Shown: piece by piece, positions 37,289-50,733 of the stretch
Position numbering within the stretch: position 1 is the stretch's first letter
How the letters are laid out: the number at the start of each line of letters is the position of its first letter
Position numbers and translations under genes: made by a program
Notes under the pieces: model-generated
The model's input: only the letters and a program-made list of their open reading frames with translations
What the model was told of the DNA's origin: nothing
Databases searched by the model: none
Source of the DNA: Octopus bimaculoides
Taxonomy: Eukaryota
Assembly: GCF_001194135.2 (NCBI RefSeq)
Contig: NC_068982.1
Location: forward strand, 45,947,888-46,007,414
Reading direction: 5' to 3'
DNA: 59,527 bases

Positions 37289-37813
37289 AGTGGGCGCTGT
37301 AGCAGGTGATTATTTTTGTTTTTTAATCGAGGGCGTGACTTTTTTCTTAGAAATTAAATATTTAAATCAGATACAGTTCTTATATTTTAAACACATTTTC
37401 AAACAATGTGAATAGGATACTGTTTTATACCAATTGACAATATGCCAAGCTCAATATATTTCGTTGTATAAGTCCTCATCTTCAATCGAAATTTCATTAA
37501 TATTTAACACAGAGGTCACCATTAGTTGACACTAATATCTAAAACGAGGCACATACTATATAACATAGTATAAGAAAGTATGGATATTTAACTACTATGA
37601 AAAACTACAGATTTTTTCTTGTGCAAAATATGAGTTGGAGGACGTTTGTGAAATTCTATTATGAAAAGGAACAGTGAGTCCCATTGACGTCGTTCGAATG
37701 AAATTAGAAGGCTCACACGAAAATGCTCTCGCAAGGTAATAGACAATGCCTTTATCCTGGACATGGATAACCCTGCCTGAAACATATACTGGTCCGAAAC
37801 TATATGGTTCGAA

Positions 37814-38044
37814 GGCGGCGAGCTGGCAGAAACCTTAGCACGCCGGGCGAAATGCTTAGTGGTATTTCGTCTGTCACTACGTTCTGAGCTCAAAATCCCC
37901 CGAGGTCGACTTTGCCTGTCATCCTTTCGGGGTCGATTAAATAAGTACCAGTTACGCACTGGGGTCGATCAAATCGACTTAATCCGTTTGTCTGTCCTTG
38001 TTTGTCCCCTCTGTGTTTAGCCCCTTGTGGGCAATAAAGAAATA
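37814..38044 (+). mobile_element. Family B SINE, full length, tail type 2
   Basis: ggcggcgagctggcagaaacc head; tail taatccgtttgtctgtccttgtttgtcccctctg...gtgggcaataaagaaata. Confidence 0.9.
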
Positions 38045-38992
38045 TGAAACTATATGGTTTGGTCCTCTGCTTAGGCTTATGGAACCCCAGTGAAAACCTC
38101 TGAAATACGAAGTTGACCAGTGGCGATGTGGGGTAGTTAAGTATCAGAAAGAAGTGATGAGTTCTTGATTGAGATACCAGTATTTAGTTGATACTTTATT
38201 TTATTAGCAGAAATAGTTAATACCTCGGCAACTTTTGAATTCAGAACTTAAATGACCCTATATAAATANNNNNNNNNNNNNNNNNNNNNNNNNNNNNNNN
38301 NNNNNNNNNNNNNNNNNNNNNNNNNNNNNNNNNNNNNNNNNNNNNNNNNNNNNNNNNNNNNNNNNNNNNNNNNNNNNNNNNNNNNNNNNNNNNNNNNNNN
38401 NNNNNNNNNNNNNNNNNNNNNNNNNNNNNNNNNNNNNNNNNNNNNNNNNNNNNNNNNNNNNNNNNNNNNNNNNNNNNNNNNNNNNNNNNNNNNNNNNNNN
38501 NNNNNNNNNNNNNNNNNNNNNNNNNNNNNNNNNNNNNNNNNNNNNNNNNNNNNNNNNNNNNNNNNNNNNNNNNNNNNNNNNNNNNNNNNNNNNNNNNNNN
38601 NNNNNNNNNNNNNNNNNNNNNNNNNNNNNNNNNNNNNNNNNNNNNNNNNNNNNNNNNNNNNNNNNNNNNNNNNNNNNNNNNNNNNNNNNNNNNNNNNNNN
38701 NNNNNNNNNNNNNNNNNNNNNNNNNNNNNNNNNNNNNNNNNNNNNNNNNNNNNNNNNNNNNNNNNNNNNNNNNNNNNNNNNNNNNNNNNNNNNNNNNNNN
38801 NNNNNNNNNNNNNNNNNNNNNNNNNNNNNNNNNNNNNNNNNNNNNNNNNNNNNNNNNNNNNNNNNNNNNNNNNNNNNNNNNNNNNNNNNNNNNNNNNNNN
38901 NNNNNNNNNNNNNNNNNNNNNNNNNNNNNNNNNNNNNNNNNNNNNNNNNNNNNNNNNNNNNNNNNNNNNNNNNNNNNNNNNNNNNNNNNNNN

Positions 38993-39023
<31 letters not shown>

Positions 39024-39477
39024 ACACACACGCGCGCGTACCTGCACATCAATACATGGAATATTGGTGGAACATTCCCATCAGAACTTATATCAAGTGT
39101 AAGCATAATAGGTAGGATATTGTTGTTTGGGAGAGACGAAAAAAAAAAAAAAAGTGCCGTCTCAGAGGTCAGCTGTTCTGCTGATGTAAAATATCTCTTC
39201 GAAAATCAAAGAGAAAGAAGATAGCTACTGACAACTGCTTCGAGGCCTCCAGCTTCTATATCCAGATTATAAATTCCCATTTATACCAATAAACACTGAT
39301 GACATGCAAGACATTCCAGTGGATGATGATATGATTGTTTTTGAATAAATTGTTGTTAATGAGTTTCTGAATAAAAAAAAACATGTTAGTGGTAAGTAAA
39401 TGTAGATCGTTTTTCGTAATTTCTGTTTATTTAGAAATCTCGTAATTTTTACTTTGTAACTTCATTTTTTGATACAT

Positions 39478-39570
39478 CAAAATAAGACATCCCCCCAAAA
39501 TAAGCCCTAGTGTCATATTTCGGATTGAAAATTAATATAAGTCCTGTATTATTTTCGGGGAAACACGGTA
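39478..39570. mobile_element. Tc2/pogo-like DNA transposon end
   Basis: ttttcggggaaacacgg|ta is the reverse complement of TA|CCGTGTTTCCCCGAAAA. Internal aaaataagac/aaaataagcc repeats. Confidence 0.6.
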
Positions 39571-40513
39571 GTTAGTGCACTTGGTTTTGTGATTAAATAC
39601 TTACGTGATAATATAGGTAAGCCAGGATTTTTAGAAAAAGAAATCAACCATCTAATTCATATATTACAAAGACAGTCTGTAAGCGGAACGGTCAAAATAT
39701 CCAAGACTTTTATCGAGTTTAAAATATGAATTTGTTTTTGTTATCTACATTTTGACGATAGAGGTTTATATCTTTGTTTCAAAGTAGCTTCTTCCTCACA
39801 GGAAGAGTTCAACTAATTAAAAAGAAAAGACTACATACAAACTTGCTGGCACACTGCTTTGATATGTTTAGTCGAGCAAACCGGCTCAAATAATATTTTG
39901 TTTAAAACTCTTGAACTCATTCTACCGGTCTCTTTTTTATTTGTTATTTTTCTCAACAAACCTCTAAGTTGAGGAAACATAAACAAACACCGGCTATCAA
40001 TTAGTGACAGACAGACACACATGCGCGAGTGAAAACACATGATCGTAGGTACTACGACGTTCGGCGGAGGTTCCGTCCATCAAATTTCATTTATAATATA
40101 TTGGCCAACTTATGGTATGATGGAGTTAACTTGCCCAAAGTAACAAGCATTGGGATTGAACTCAAATGCGCATGGTTTCCGCAGCGAAATTCCTAAATAT
40201 ATAATCGCATTTTCAGCTTATATAGAACAAATACTGTTACCAGAAACACGCATATAACTGTGTGTATATTTAGACATACGTCTGTGTGTGTGTGTATGTG
40301 TATGTATATATGTATGTATGCATGTATGTACGCCCGTACGCATATATATACATATACACACACATATATATATATACAGACATATATATATCCATATATA
40401 CAAATATATATATACATACATGCATATATATATGTATATAATACATACATATATAGATACATACACATATGCACATACATATATACATATATATATATAT
40501 GCATATAACAATT

Positions 40514-40565
<52 letters not shown>

Positions 40566-41171
40566 CGCATATATATGTATATAAGTATCTGAAGGCGTAT
40601 CTGTCTATCTATCTTTCTATCTATCAATCTATCTAGCTATCTATTTATCTATCTATTTATCTATATCTATATATATGATTTAGCCATCGTTCTTAAAAGC
40701 ATTTTAGATTGAATCATTGCTAAAATTAAGCACAACCGCCATTACTGCTTTAGAATAACATTACTTATGTTATACAATGGCTTATCTCTATTCAAGATAA
40801 AAATGAATGCCACATTTTTCCAATTTGATATTAAATATTACTAACCTACGATAGGTGAACCGATTCTTAGAGCAGCTCTCATCTATGCAAAATCTATTAC
40901 CTCTACAGAAAAAAAAAAAATCCATCGTTAATATTATATTGCATGCAAGGAAATCTAAATTTCTCAACGATAATTCTAAATAAACCAAAAAGCAAAATAT
41001 TATGACCCTCTACTTTAGTGTGGGAGTGAGCTATTCTGTTGAAGAGATCGTTGGTGTTCGGTTGTATGAGAGAGGCTTTGTACAATATATTCACCTTTTG
41101 GATTCGGGGGACAACACAGAGATGATGGCTAATGATTACAGTGAGATGAAGCATCAACCTACATATCTATC

Positions 41172-41240
<69 letters not shown>

Positions 41241-41313
41241 CTCTCTCTGTCTCTCTCTGTCTCTCTCTGTCTCTCTGTCACTCTCTCTGTCTCTCTCTCT
41301 GTCTCTCTCTCTG

Positions 41314-41366
<53 letters not shown>

Positions 41367-41883
41367 TTCGTGGTTGTATGGGTGTGTATACACGTATGTG
41401 TCATTTGGTTGAGATAATCAACTTGTTGAAAAAGAAAATTACTAATGGTGGAACTCTCTATATAAAGTAGGATGAAATTTATTGATATCATATCGATTTG
41501 ACGGGACCTCAGCTCTCTATCTAAACGACTTATTGAAGTGGTTGAATAAGCCATTAAGTACAAAATCTGAGTTCCCAGTCGGATATACACACTCGCGCGC
41601 ATATGTATGTATGTACGTACCTATTGATATAATGCTATTTAAAACTTACTTCTGTCAAGGATTCAACAAAGCAGTAATGTTACATGTAAAGGTCACTCCT
41701 CTCTGAAGAATTGACAATACGTTCTGATTATGTTATTTACATTATTCAACAAATAATCATATTTTGTAAATGAAACGTATGTAAAATGGTGTAACTAAAT
41801 ATATCTTACAAACAAAGTCTCATGTTTTATTTCATAATATATGTGTGTAGATGTATGTGTACGCACACACGCACGCACGCACG

Positions 41884-41919
<36 letters not shown>

Positions 41920-42667
41920 TACACACACACACACCTACACACACAGAGTATCCATGCACAACAATAATTTCTGTTTTGTTTCTAATGAAGTGACGTGCAA
42001 GCCGACCAAAAGCCGATCGAAAATGACCGTGATCCGGTTTTAATTTCCTGTTTTTCTCAGATAATAATAAACACTCAACACATAAGTATACATACATACA
42101 TGCATACATACATACATACATATATACATACATACATGCGTACGTACGTACGTACATACATACATACATACATACATGCATACGTACATACATACATACA
42201 TACATACATACATACATACATAACTGAAGATCAGGGAAAAAGAGAACACTTACGCTGAACTATTGAGAAATCTGCAGTTACTCTATCCAGATTACAAGTT
42301 CAGGTTTATACCAGTAATTATTGGGGCCCCGAGATATGTAACACACTTCCTAAATACCAATCCTGAGAAATTAGGCTTCTCAAAACCAGAAAGGAGAAAG
42401 CTGATTCAAAGGCTACGTAAAAATCTGTAAAACTTTCCAGAAGTTTATCATTTAAATATATATGGTCATTTCTATGCAACCATATGCATGAGAATACATA
42501 TTTGCATAAAACAAAACATACAAATCTGCATATATACATACACACATTCATTGATGTACATGTATGCATGCATGTTTGTATATCATAAAATTTTAATGGG
42601 TACTCCAAAGTTTCACTAGTAGTTAGTTTTCCAAACATTTGGTCAAACTTTGAAGTGACTTCCAATT

Positions 42668-42719
<52 letters not shown>

Positions 42720-43436
42720 TGTGTATACATATGATAGAGTCTACTACTTGTATGTATGTTGTCTTTTTTTACATTTAACGATTGTTGTCAGCCTTTGTCT
42801 TTTGAAGAACACTTCATAATTACTCTTCAACGCACATACATATGAATTTGTATATAAACATGATATACTGGATATACACAAACATACAGATACCTGCACA
42901 TATACATGAATAGATACACATACGCACGTATGTACACACAGATAAATGCAAATATATATCCACGCAGAAATAAAGAGCAGACAGACTGAGTGGGGGGAGT
43001 GTGTGACGTACACTCAATATCATTTGACGTCAATGCAATGAAGCCGTAACAAAAGAATTAGAGTAAATGTAAAAATGTTAAATATGGTTGTGACTGTCTG
43101 CGTGTGTCAGCGTATAAGTGCATGTTTGTACGTCTATATATATATATACATGTATCGGTTATGCTCTTTATTCGAATGTATTTGTCTGCGTCTCCGTTGT
43201 GCATACATTTGCCAATGTATAGATATAAAGAAATAAAATAAAAAAAGGTAAAGGTGGAGAGTAAAGGTGGTCATGGTTGTCAATATTGTTGTTGCTGTCG
43301 TTATTGTTAATGCTGTTGTTGTTGTCGTTATTGTTTTCCAAATATGAAGAGAAAAATTAATACCAAAAATCAATACAGAAATCGTGATGAGTTTGTAGTG
43401 CAAGAGATATCGTCATAGTAAATACAGACCACGACA

Positions 43437-43662
43437 TACGAGGGTGTGCTGGAAAGTTCCTGGCTTTGGGTTAAAGATAAAACAGGAGGAGCAGTTAATT
43501 ATGATTTTATTGAACATATTCCTCTCCTCTCCTCAGACTCACACTTATTGCAGCAATCCGGTCAGATTTTCTAAGCCCTGTAAAGGAACTCGGTAGGTTG
43601 GACCCCCAACCAGGCCTTTCGCGACACCCTTAAAGCCAGGAAATTTTCAGCACCCCCACGTA
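43437..43662 (+). mobile_element. Mariner-derived MITE (TACGAGGG termini)
   Basis: About 31-bp TIRs tacgagggtgtgctggaaagttcctggcttt / aaagccaggaaattttcagcacccccacgta; TA TSD. Confidence 0.85.
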
Positions 43663-43859
43663 CTTTCGATTCGTAGTAAAAGCCATTTCACTTTGTATAC
43701 ACATTTATAGGTTCAGCCTCTGCGTAGTCCCTTGAACTGAAAGAAAAAGCAACCCAATTTCCCTCAAAACCAAAATTCATTGTGTTTTTAAAATGACATG
43801 AGTTTTAGTGTGATAATATAGTTCTTGATATACAAAAATACTCAATAGTCACAGTTAAG

Positions 43860-44215
43860 CATCGTTGAAGATATATCGTGCAGTTTTCAATCTTTCTTGG
43901 AAACAACACTGAACAAATAAGAAACTGTATGATAGTCTTCCTATCATCACCTCAGTAACCAGAGAAAGAAAAACATGTTGTTTTGCAGGACATTACTGGA
44001 GAAGCAAAATGAAATATCTAGCTATATAAGTTTCTGGAAACCCACGCATGCACATATACAGATATCGGAAGACCAAGTAGAGAATATACTGGTCAGCTTG
44101 TGGAGGACAATGAAATATTGATTGAAGATATGAAGACTGCTATGGCAGATCTGGACATCTAATATTGAAGAGTTACTCTAGTCCGAGTAAATCAGCCGAT
44201 GGGATTGATAGGGAT
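43860..44215 (+). mobile_element. RTE-clade LINE 3' fragment (ORF2 C-terminus, decayed)
   Basis: Translates in pieces as VFNLSWKQH*TNKKLYDSLP, FAGHYWRSK and GRPSREYTGQLVEDNEILIEDMKTAMADLDI*, matching the RTE ORF2 C-terminal pattern (SW..H.TN..LY, RFAGH, GRP...D....AM.DR). Confidence 0.75.
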
Positions 44216-44449
44216 TAAGAAAACAACAACCAAATACGACAGGAATTGTTTCAACGCCACTTATCTTACTGGTTGTAGATTAAACTTGAGCCAGCCTTGA
44301 TGTAGCATATCTAGGATGAAGGACATTCTAGATATGATCATCTCACCTTTCTGCACATCTCGAAGAATATTACCGAAAGTGTCCATACATTTTTAAGGAC
44401 AATATGAGTAAAATTTAGTGGCTTTTTCTAGTATGTTAAGCGATAACGA

Positions 44450-44810
44450 AAGGGTTCAGTCCCACTGCGTAGCATCTTGGTCAGGTATCTTCTACTATAG
44501 CCTCTGGTCGACAAAAGCTTTGTGAATGGATTTGATAGAGGGGAAACTGAAAAAAGCTCGTCTCATACACACGTGTGTGTGTGAGTGTGTGTGAGTGTGT
44601 GTGTTTGTGCCTTTGTATTTGTGTTTGTCTCCCACCGCCGTTTGACAATCGGCATGTTTAATGTCCCCGTGACTTAGTAGTTCGGCTAAAGAGTTTGATA
44701 AAATAATTACCAAGCTTAATACTTGTTTACATTTGTTCGACGAAAACCCTTCAATGCGGCACCCCGGAATGGTCGCAGTCAGATGACTGAAATCAGTATA
44801 AGAATAAAAC
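44450..44810 (+). mobile_element. Family A SINE, degraded
   Basis: gggttcagtcccactgcgtagc...ggtcgcagtcagatgactgaaatcagt. Confidence 0.8.
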
Positions 44811-44867
44811 AATGTGTAGTGAATTTTCCGCAGTAAAAATGAAATGCAAATGTGTTCAAAATAATCT

Positions 44868-45254
44868 TTTCTGCTCTAAGCACAAGGCCCGAAATTTTGA
44901 GGGAGGGGGCCAGTCGATTAGATTGACTCCAGTACGCAATTGGTACTTAATTTATCAACCCCGAAAGGATGAAAGGCAAAGCCGGCAGAATTAGAAATCA
45001 GAACGTAAAGACAGACGAAATACCTATTTCTTTACTGCCCACAAGGGGCTACACACAGAGGGGACAAACAAGGACAGACAAACGGATTAAGTCGATTATA
45101 TCGACCCCAGTGCGTAACTGGTACTTAATTTATCGACCCCGAAAGGATGAAAGGCAAAGTGGACCTCGGCGGAATTAGAACTCAGAACGTAAAGACAGAC
45201 GAAATACCGCTAAGCGTTTCGTCCGGCGTGCTAACGTTTCTGCCAGCTCGCCGC
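44868..45254 (-). mobile_element. Two tandem family B SINEs (tail type 1 truncated, tail type 2 full length)
   Basis: Copy at 44868-45022 has the tail-1 sequence; copy at 45025-45254 has the tail-2 sequence and a complete head. Confidence 0.88.
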
Positions 45255-45287
45255 TTTCTAAGTGTGTCCAAAATAATGTTTTTCCCT

Positions 45288-45460
45288 AAGGCGGTAGGCT
45301 AGCATAATTATAGCGCCAGGCAAAATGCTTAACAACGTTTCTTTCGGCTCTTCACGTTTCGAGTTCAAATTCCGCCGAAGTCCACTATGTATCTCACCGT
45401 TTCGAGGTTGATAAAATAAGTACCAGTTGAGCACTGGAATCCATCTAATCCATTAGCAAA
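45288..45460 (+). mobile_element. Family B SINE, older copy, head-to-head with the 45254 copy
   Basis: gagttcaaattccgccgaagtcc...ttcgaggttgataaaataagtaccagttgagcactgg. Confidence 0.75.
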
Positions 45461-47292
45461 CCACTATTCTATTCTAAAATCTCAGACCCTTGTGAATTAT
45501 AGTAGAAAGAAAAACAAAATGTTTCTCCACTCTAAAGTTATCGATGAACACGAAATCATATTAAAGAAAAAGAAAAAAAAAACTGCAACAGCACAGAAGA
45601 TATAAAACACACCCAGGTAAGCCCTATTAAACAAAGACCTTGCACGTAATCGAAGTCAGCTACAAAATGAGATTTTCTTTCAGCTTAGGATTTTGTTACC
45701 TGGAAATATTTGCAACGGTATTATTCGAACGGTAGCGCTTGTAAAGAAAAGAAAGTGCATTGCCAGTGTTATGCGTGAATCAATAGTAGCTATAGGTTTT
45801 CATTCAAAATATTTCATTCTCCCAACTATTACATTATCAACTCAGATGTTATCACCCTATCGTGATAGAACCCTCACTTTTCACTTTCTGTTTCTCAGTC
45901 TCTCACTTCCTCTTCCATCAACTCACTCCCTTTCTGTCATCATATGGGCGAGCATATATACATACATACATATATATGTATATATACATAACATATATAT
46001 GTGTGTATGTATATATATATATATATATATATATNNNNNNNNNNNNNNNNNNNNNNNNNNNNNNNNNNNNNNNNNNNNNNNNNNNNNNNNNNNNNNNNNN
46101 NNNNNNNNNNNNNNNNNNNNNNNNNNNNNNNNNNNNNNNNNNNNNNNNNNNNNNNNNNNNNNNNNNNNNNNNNNNNNNNNNNNNNNNNNNNNNNNNNNNN
46201 NNNNNNNNNNNNNNNNNNNNNNNNNNNNNNNNNNNNNNNNNNNNNNNNNNNNNNNNNNNNNNNNNNNNNNNNNNNNNNNNNNNNNNNNNNNNNNNNNNNN
46301 NNNNNNNNNNNNNNNNNNNNNNNNNNNNNNNNNNNNNNNNNNNNNNNNNNNNNNNNNNNNNNNNNNNNNNNNNNNNNNNNNNNNNNNNNNNNNNNNNNNN
46401 NNNNNNNNNNNNNNNNNNNNNNNNNNNNNNNNNNNNNNNNNNNNNNNNNNNNNNNNNNNNNNNNNNNNNNNNNNNNNNNNNNNNNNNNNNNNNNNNNNNN
46501 NNNNNNNNNNNNNNNNNNNNNNNNNNNNNNNNNNNNNNNNNNNNNNNNNNNNNNNNNNNNNNNNNNNNNNNNNNNNNNNNNNNNNNNNNNNNNNNNNNNN
46601 NNNNNNNNNNNNNCATATATATGTATATATACATAACATATATATGTGTGTATGTATATATATATGATATATGATATACATGCATGCATACAGACATCGA
46701 TTATCCTTCAAACATGTAAAAAGGGCGCCATTTTCTTCAATGTATACGTTTCATATTCTTTTTAAAATGAATTGCTTTTTTGAAACGTCTTTCTATATGT
46801 GTAATTTTATACGTGTACATGTGTATCCTTGGGTGTATATAAGAATGCATAAATATTCGTACATATATGTATGTAAGCATGTATATGTGTATGCATACAT
46901 ACATTTATGTTTGCGCTTCTGTATACCTACATATATGTATATATGTATATAAGTGGTTGTTGCTTGGTACACGAACTCTTTGTATTAATGGCTTCCAAAT
47001 TTGCTTATATTTAATCGATTTATGTTCCAGTCTAAAGATTGGAAGCCAATTGTGACCTGACGAGACCAACTATGTCAGAAAGTGAAGTAACAACAACAAG
47101 AACGAAGAGAACAGCAAAAATAACAGCAGTTTCATGTATAACAGCAACAAAATAAATCATGCTTGATAGTTATAATGTTACGTTGATGTTCTTTTTATTT
47201 TTTGCTGTTCTAACTTTGAAGATGTCAGAAAGCAGAGCATGTGTTAAGGTCCAATTGTTAGAGAGTGACATATTCAAGGATCTCTGAAATAT

Positions 47293-47505
47293 TCTTTTCT
47301 ACTCTAGGCACAAGGCCCGAAATTTTGGGCGAGGGAGGCCAGTCAATAGATCGACCCCAGTACGCAACTGGTACTTAATTTATCGACCCCGAAAGAATGA
47401 AAGGCGAAGTCGACCTCGGCGGAATTTGAACGCAGAACGTGCAGACAGACGAAAAACCGTTAAACATTTCATCCGGCGTGCTAATCTTTCTGCCAACTCG
47501 CCGCC
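47293..47505 (-). mobile_element. Family B SINE, full length, tail type 1
   Basis: tcttttctactctaggcacaaggcccg...ctgccaactcgccgcc. Confidence 0.9.
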
Positions 47506-47631
47506 CTATCACTGAAATATTCTGAGCAACAAAAGATCATGTATGTTGAACATACATACATGCATACATACATACATACATACATACATACATACGTACG
47601 TGTTACGTACATACATACATACATACATACA

Positions 47632-47665
<34 letters not shown>

Positions 47666-48236
47666 CAATTTAGTCGGTAGAGGGTGTTGAGTCGTGAAAT
47701 AATACTAGGATGTTTATGACCAAATTACAATATTCTCAAAGTTTTTTTTTCTGCAATTTTAATTTTGCTTATAGTATTTTATTTTTTATTTGAGCAGAAC
47801 ATGAGAAAGTTGTGTTTTTGTCAATATTTAAATGCTTATGATCGATATGCAACAAGTAGGACCGCAGTGATTTTTACATACGGATAAATCATGACGAAAT
47901 GTGTCTAGTTTTAATGAGTGAAGCATTCACAAAACAGGCATGTATGAAGATTATATTCCTGGTTAATGAGGCTCGAAATCAAATGCAGCAGGTTGATCTT
48001 GAAAACGCTAGCGAGTGTTTATGTCCATATTAGTTACAATAACCATTTTTAAACGAAAGGGCGGAATAAGAAAACAAGCAAAATATATGTTCAAATAAAT
48101 ATTTATATGTATTATATGGAAAGAATAATTACAGTAAAATGAGGTGATTGTCAAGAAAAAAGATGGAAAAATTACACGCATGCGCATGTATACATCCTGC
48201 ACCCCACCCTAATATATATTTGCGCGCGTGTGTATC

Positions 48237-48321
48237 TACTACCTATAATATTTGTAAACAAACCAGATGGCTTTGTAATTTACGAAGATAGAGCAACTAT
48301 GGAAGTCTATTAGCACAATAA

Positions 48322-48365
<44 letters not shown>

Positions 48366-48475
48366 CATATGATACATTATTATATAGTTATTATAGTACT
48401 AATAGACTTCCATTGTCGCTCTATCTCCGTAACTTATAAAGCCTTCTGGTTTGTTTACAAATATTATATGTAGTA
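48237..48475. repeat. Foldback inverted repeat, about 90-bp arms around (AT)n
   Basis: tactacctataatatttgtaaacaaaccagatggc...ggaagtctattagcac matches the reverse complement of gtactaatagacttcc...ttacaaatattatatgtagta. Confidence 0.85.
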
Positions 48476-48483
48476 TTGGATAG

Positions 48484-48637
48484 TTAAAGTATATGTTCAT
48501 AAAATTTGGCTGAAATTGATGGGTGAATGTTTGGCCCAATTGGATGCGCAAGGAGCCGTGTTAGCGTTGATTTGTGTATTCGATTCTGGCCTAAATTAGC
48601 TCATCATTTTTCAGTCAATAAATAAATATCACTTTAA
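48484..48637. mobile_element. Kolobok-like MITE (TTAA|AG...CT|TTAA)
   Basis: TTAA at 48484-48487 and 48634-48637; imperfect 35-40 bp TIRs (ttggctgaaattgatg / catcatttttcagtcaa). Confidence 0.55.
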
Positions 48638-49482
48638 ATCGAAGTATATATATTATTATGATATATTATTATATAGTTATTATTGTATTTTACATATTTA
48701 TATATATATACAAATACTTACACACATACACAAAACTCTGTTTGTGTCTGTGCACGCCTATATATACGTATATATATACATATATCTATATCTTTGGATC
48801 TAAATATATATAAGCGTACACAAATTTCGCTTCTATAGAACAAAATTAACACGTGATTGCTGACGTAGGAAGAAATTTTTGACAGTAAATTCTATATATT
48901 AATAAACTCGACTACGAGAAGAGAGGCAATTCACATTTGATACCCTGATAATAAGATTGTGAAAACGTAGGAACGTTGACCATGGATCTCTAAACAACAT
49001 TGTTCTCAACAAACTGTAAAAGTATATAATTGAAGTTGAAAAATTCTTGATAAATAGGATAGAACTACACATATATAGAAAAGCAAGACAGAAAACGTAA
49101 ATCGGTATTAATGGATTATATAATTTGCACGTTTTTCATAAGACTAGCAAACACCAACTCTGTGAGCATAAAACTCAGTCATGTGAAGAGATGTCCACGA
49201 CACTTTTCATCTGCATTACGCGGCTTAAGTGCTGGACGAAGAAAGATAGCCCTTACGTACATTAGTACGAAAAGAAAACGAGGCTCTCAGGGCCATGCAT
49301 CACACAGTGCATGTCTTATTATTATCAGTACTACCACCAGTATTCGTGGACATTTCACGGTCAATAGGAAGATTTTTAGATGGTTGCACATACAAACATA
49401 CCTCGCACTCTCCTTTACACATGCTTATAGATAATTGTTGTCTTGCCTGGGTGTGTGTTACGTTTGCGTGCGCTAGTAGCGT

Positions 49483-49589
<107 letters not shown>

Positions 49590-50733
49590 TGTTCACGTGT
49601 TACTAGCGTTAGTCTGAATCTCATGCACAAATACAAACATACACGTACAGACACTTTTACCATCCCGTTTCTACGACGTGACAGACTTTTTCACCACAGA
49701 AATTTACTGTTGGCATATTAATATGGTACTTGTACCCGTAGAAATTCTATGGTAAATACGAAATGTTTTAGATGGTTGGAAGTGTATACATAACCATAAA
49801 AATTATTATTTCTATTGAAATTGTATATTCTGCATTATTTCCATTTACAAAAATAAACTTCCATTTCTTCTGGATAAGGCTGTAATTGAGGGAGCATGAC
49901 TTTCCCATTTCCTCAGCAGATCAGAGGTTCATTTATAAATCAAGAACTTCACAATGATTACAGAGACTATTCATGCCACTAATGTAACTTTCAACTACGT
50001 GTTTACAGCTTTTTTGAACGTTGTCTCTCATTTTCATTTTCTATTCTGTCTTGAATACGTTCTTTTATCTGTTGGAAATACTCACTATATTCTCTTTGAT
50101 TCATATTTTCCCTTTTACACTTCTGTCTCCCGTGATTATTTTAGTGAATCAGCCCTCTGCTTCTCTTTACGTCATTCCTTATACTGTCTCATTCTTTCAC
50201 TTCTTAACTTACATAGTCTGTCATCCATATTTTATAAATGAATATCAATTTTCAAGCGAGCAGACGATAAATAATTGCACTTATGAGCATGTGTTAAGTG
50301 ATGGGTGATATAAAAAAAAAAAAATTGGGGTAAAAAAAATCACACTTTCCACTATTCACTCGCCACCACCACTGTCACCACCACTATAGTTTTCAGTAAC
50401 AAAGCTCAGCATAAGTTGTTTGCGAAGTAAGATTATTTTCATTTCATTTCAGTTCAACTGTTTGTTTACATCTACTGTTCTTGCTATCGATGTATATATC
50501 TACTCATTATACATACATACATACATACATACATACATACATAATATATATATTCCACGGGCTTGGAGGTAGTGTGATGCAGGCTGGTGCGATTTTGTGG
50601 TTTGCTGGTTTGCCGAGAGAGATCCAGCTAGCCCCTAACTGGTTCCCTGATCTTAAAGGTGTAATGTGGATGTGGATGTGTAATGACAGAGTGGCTGGTG
50701 TGGTGGTGATGCTAGCTGGTGCGGTGGTCTTCT

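Noticed and set aside
40848-40904. 57-nt minus-strand exon candidate (GNRFCIDESCSKNRFTYR)
   Set aside because: The acceptor is a poly-T run and the donor is ambiguous; compatible with chance.
45960-46670. About 50-bp identical sequence on both sides of a 579-N gap
   Set aside because: Most likely a collapsed tandem repeat or a false gap; it cannot be interpreted.
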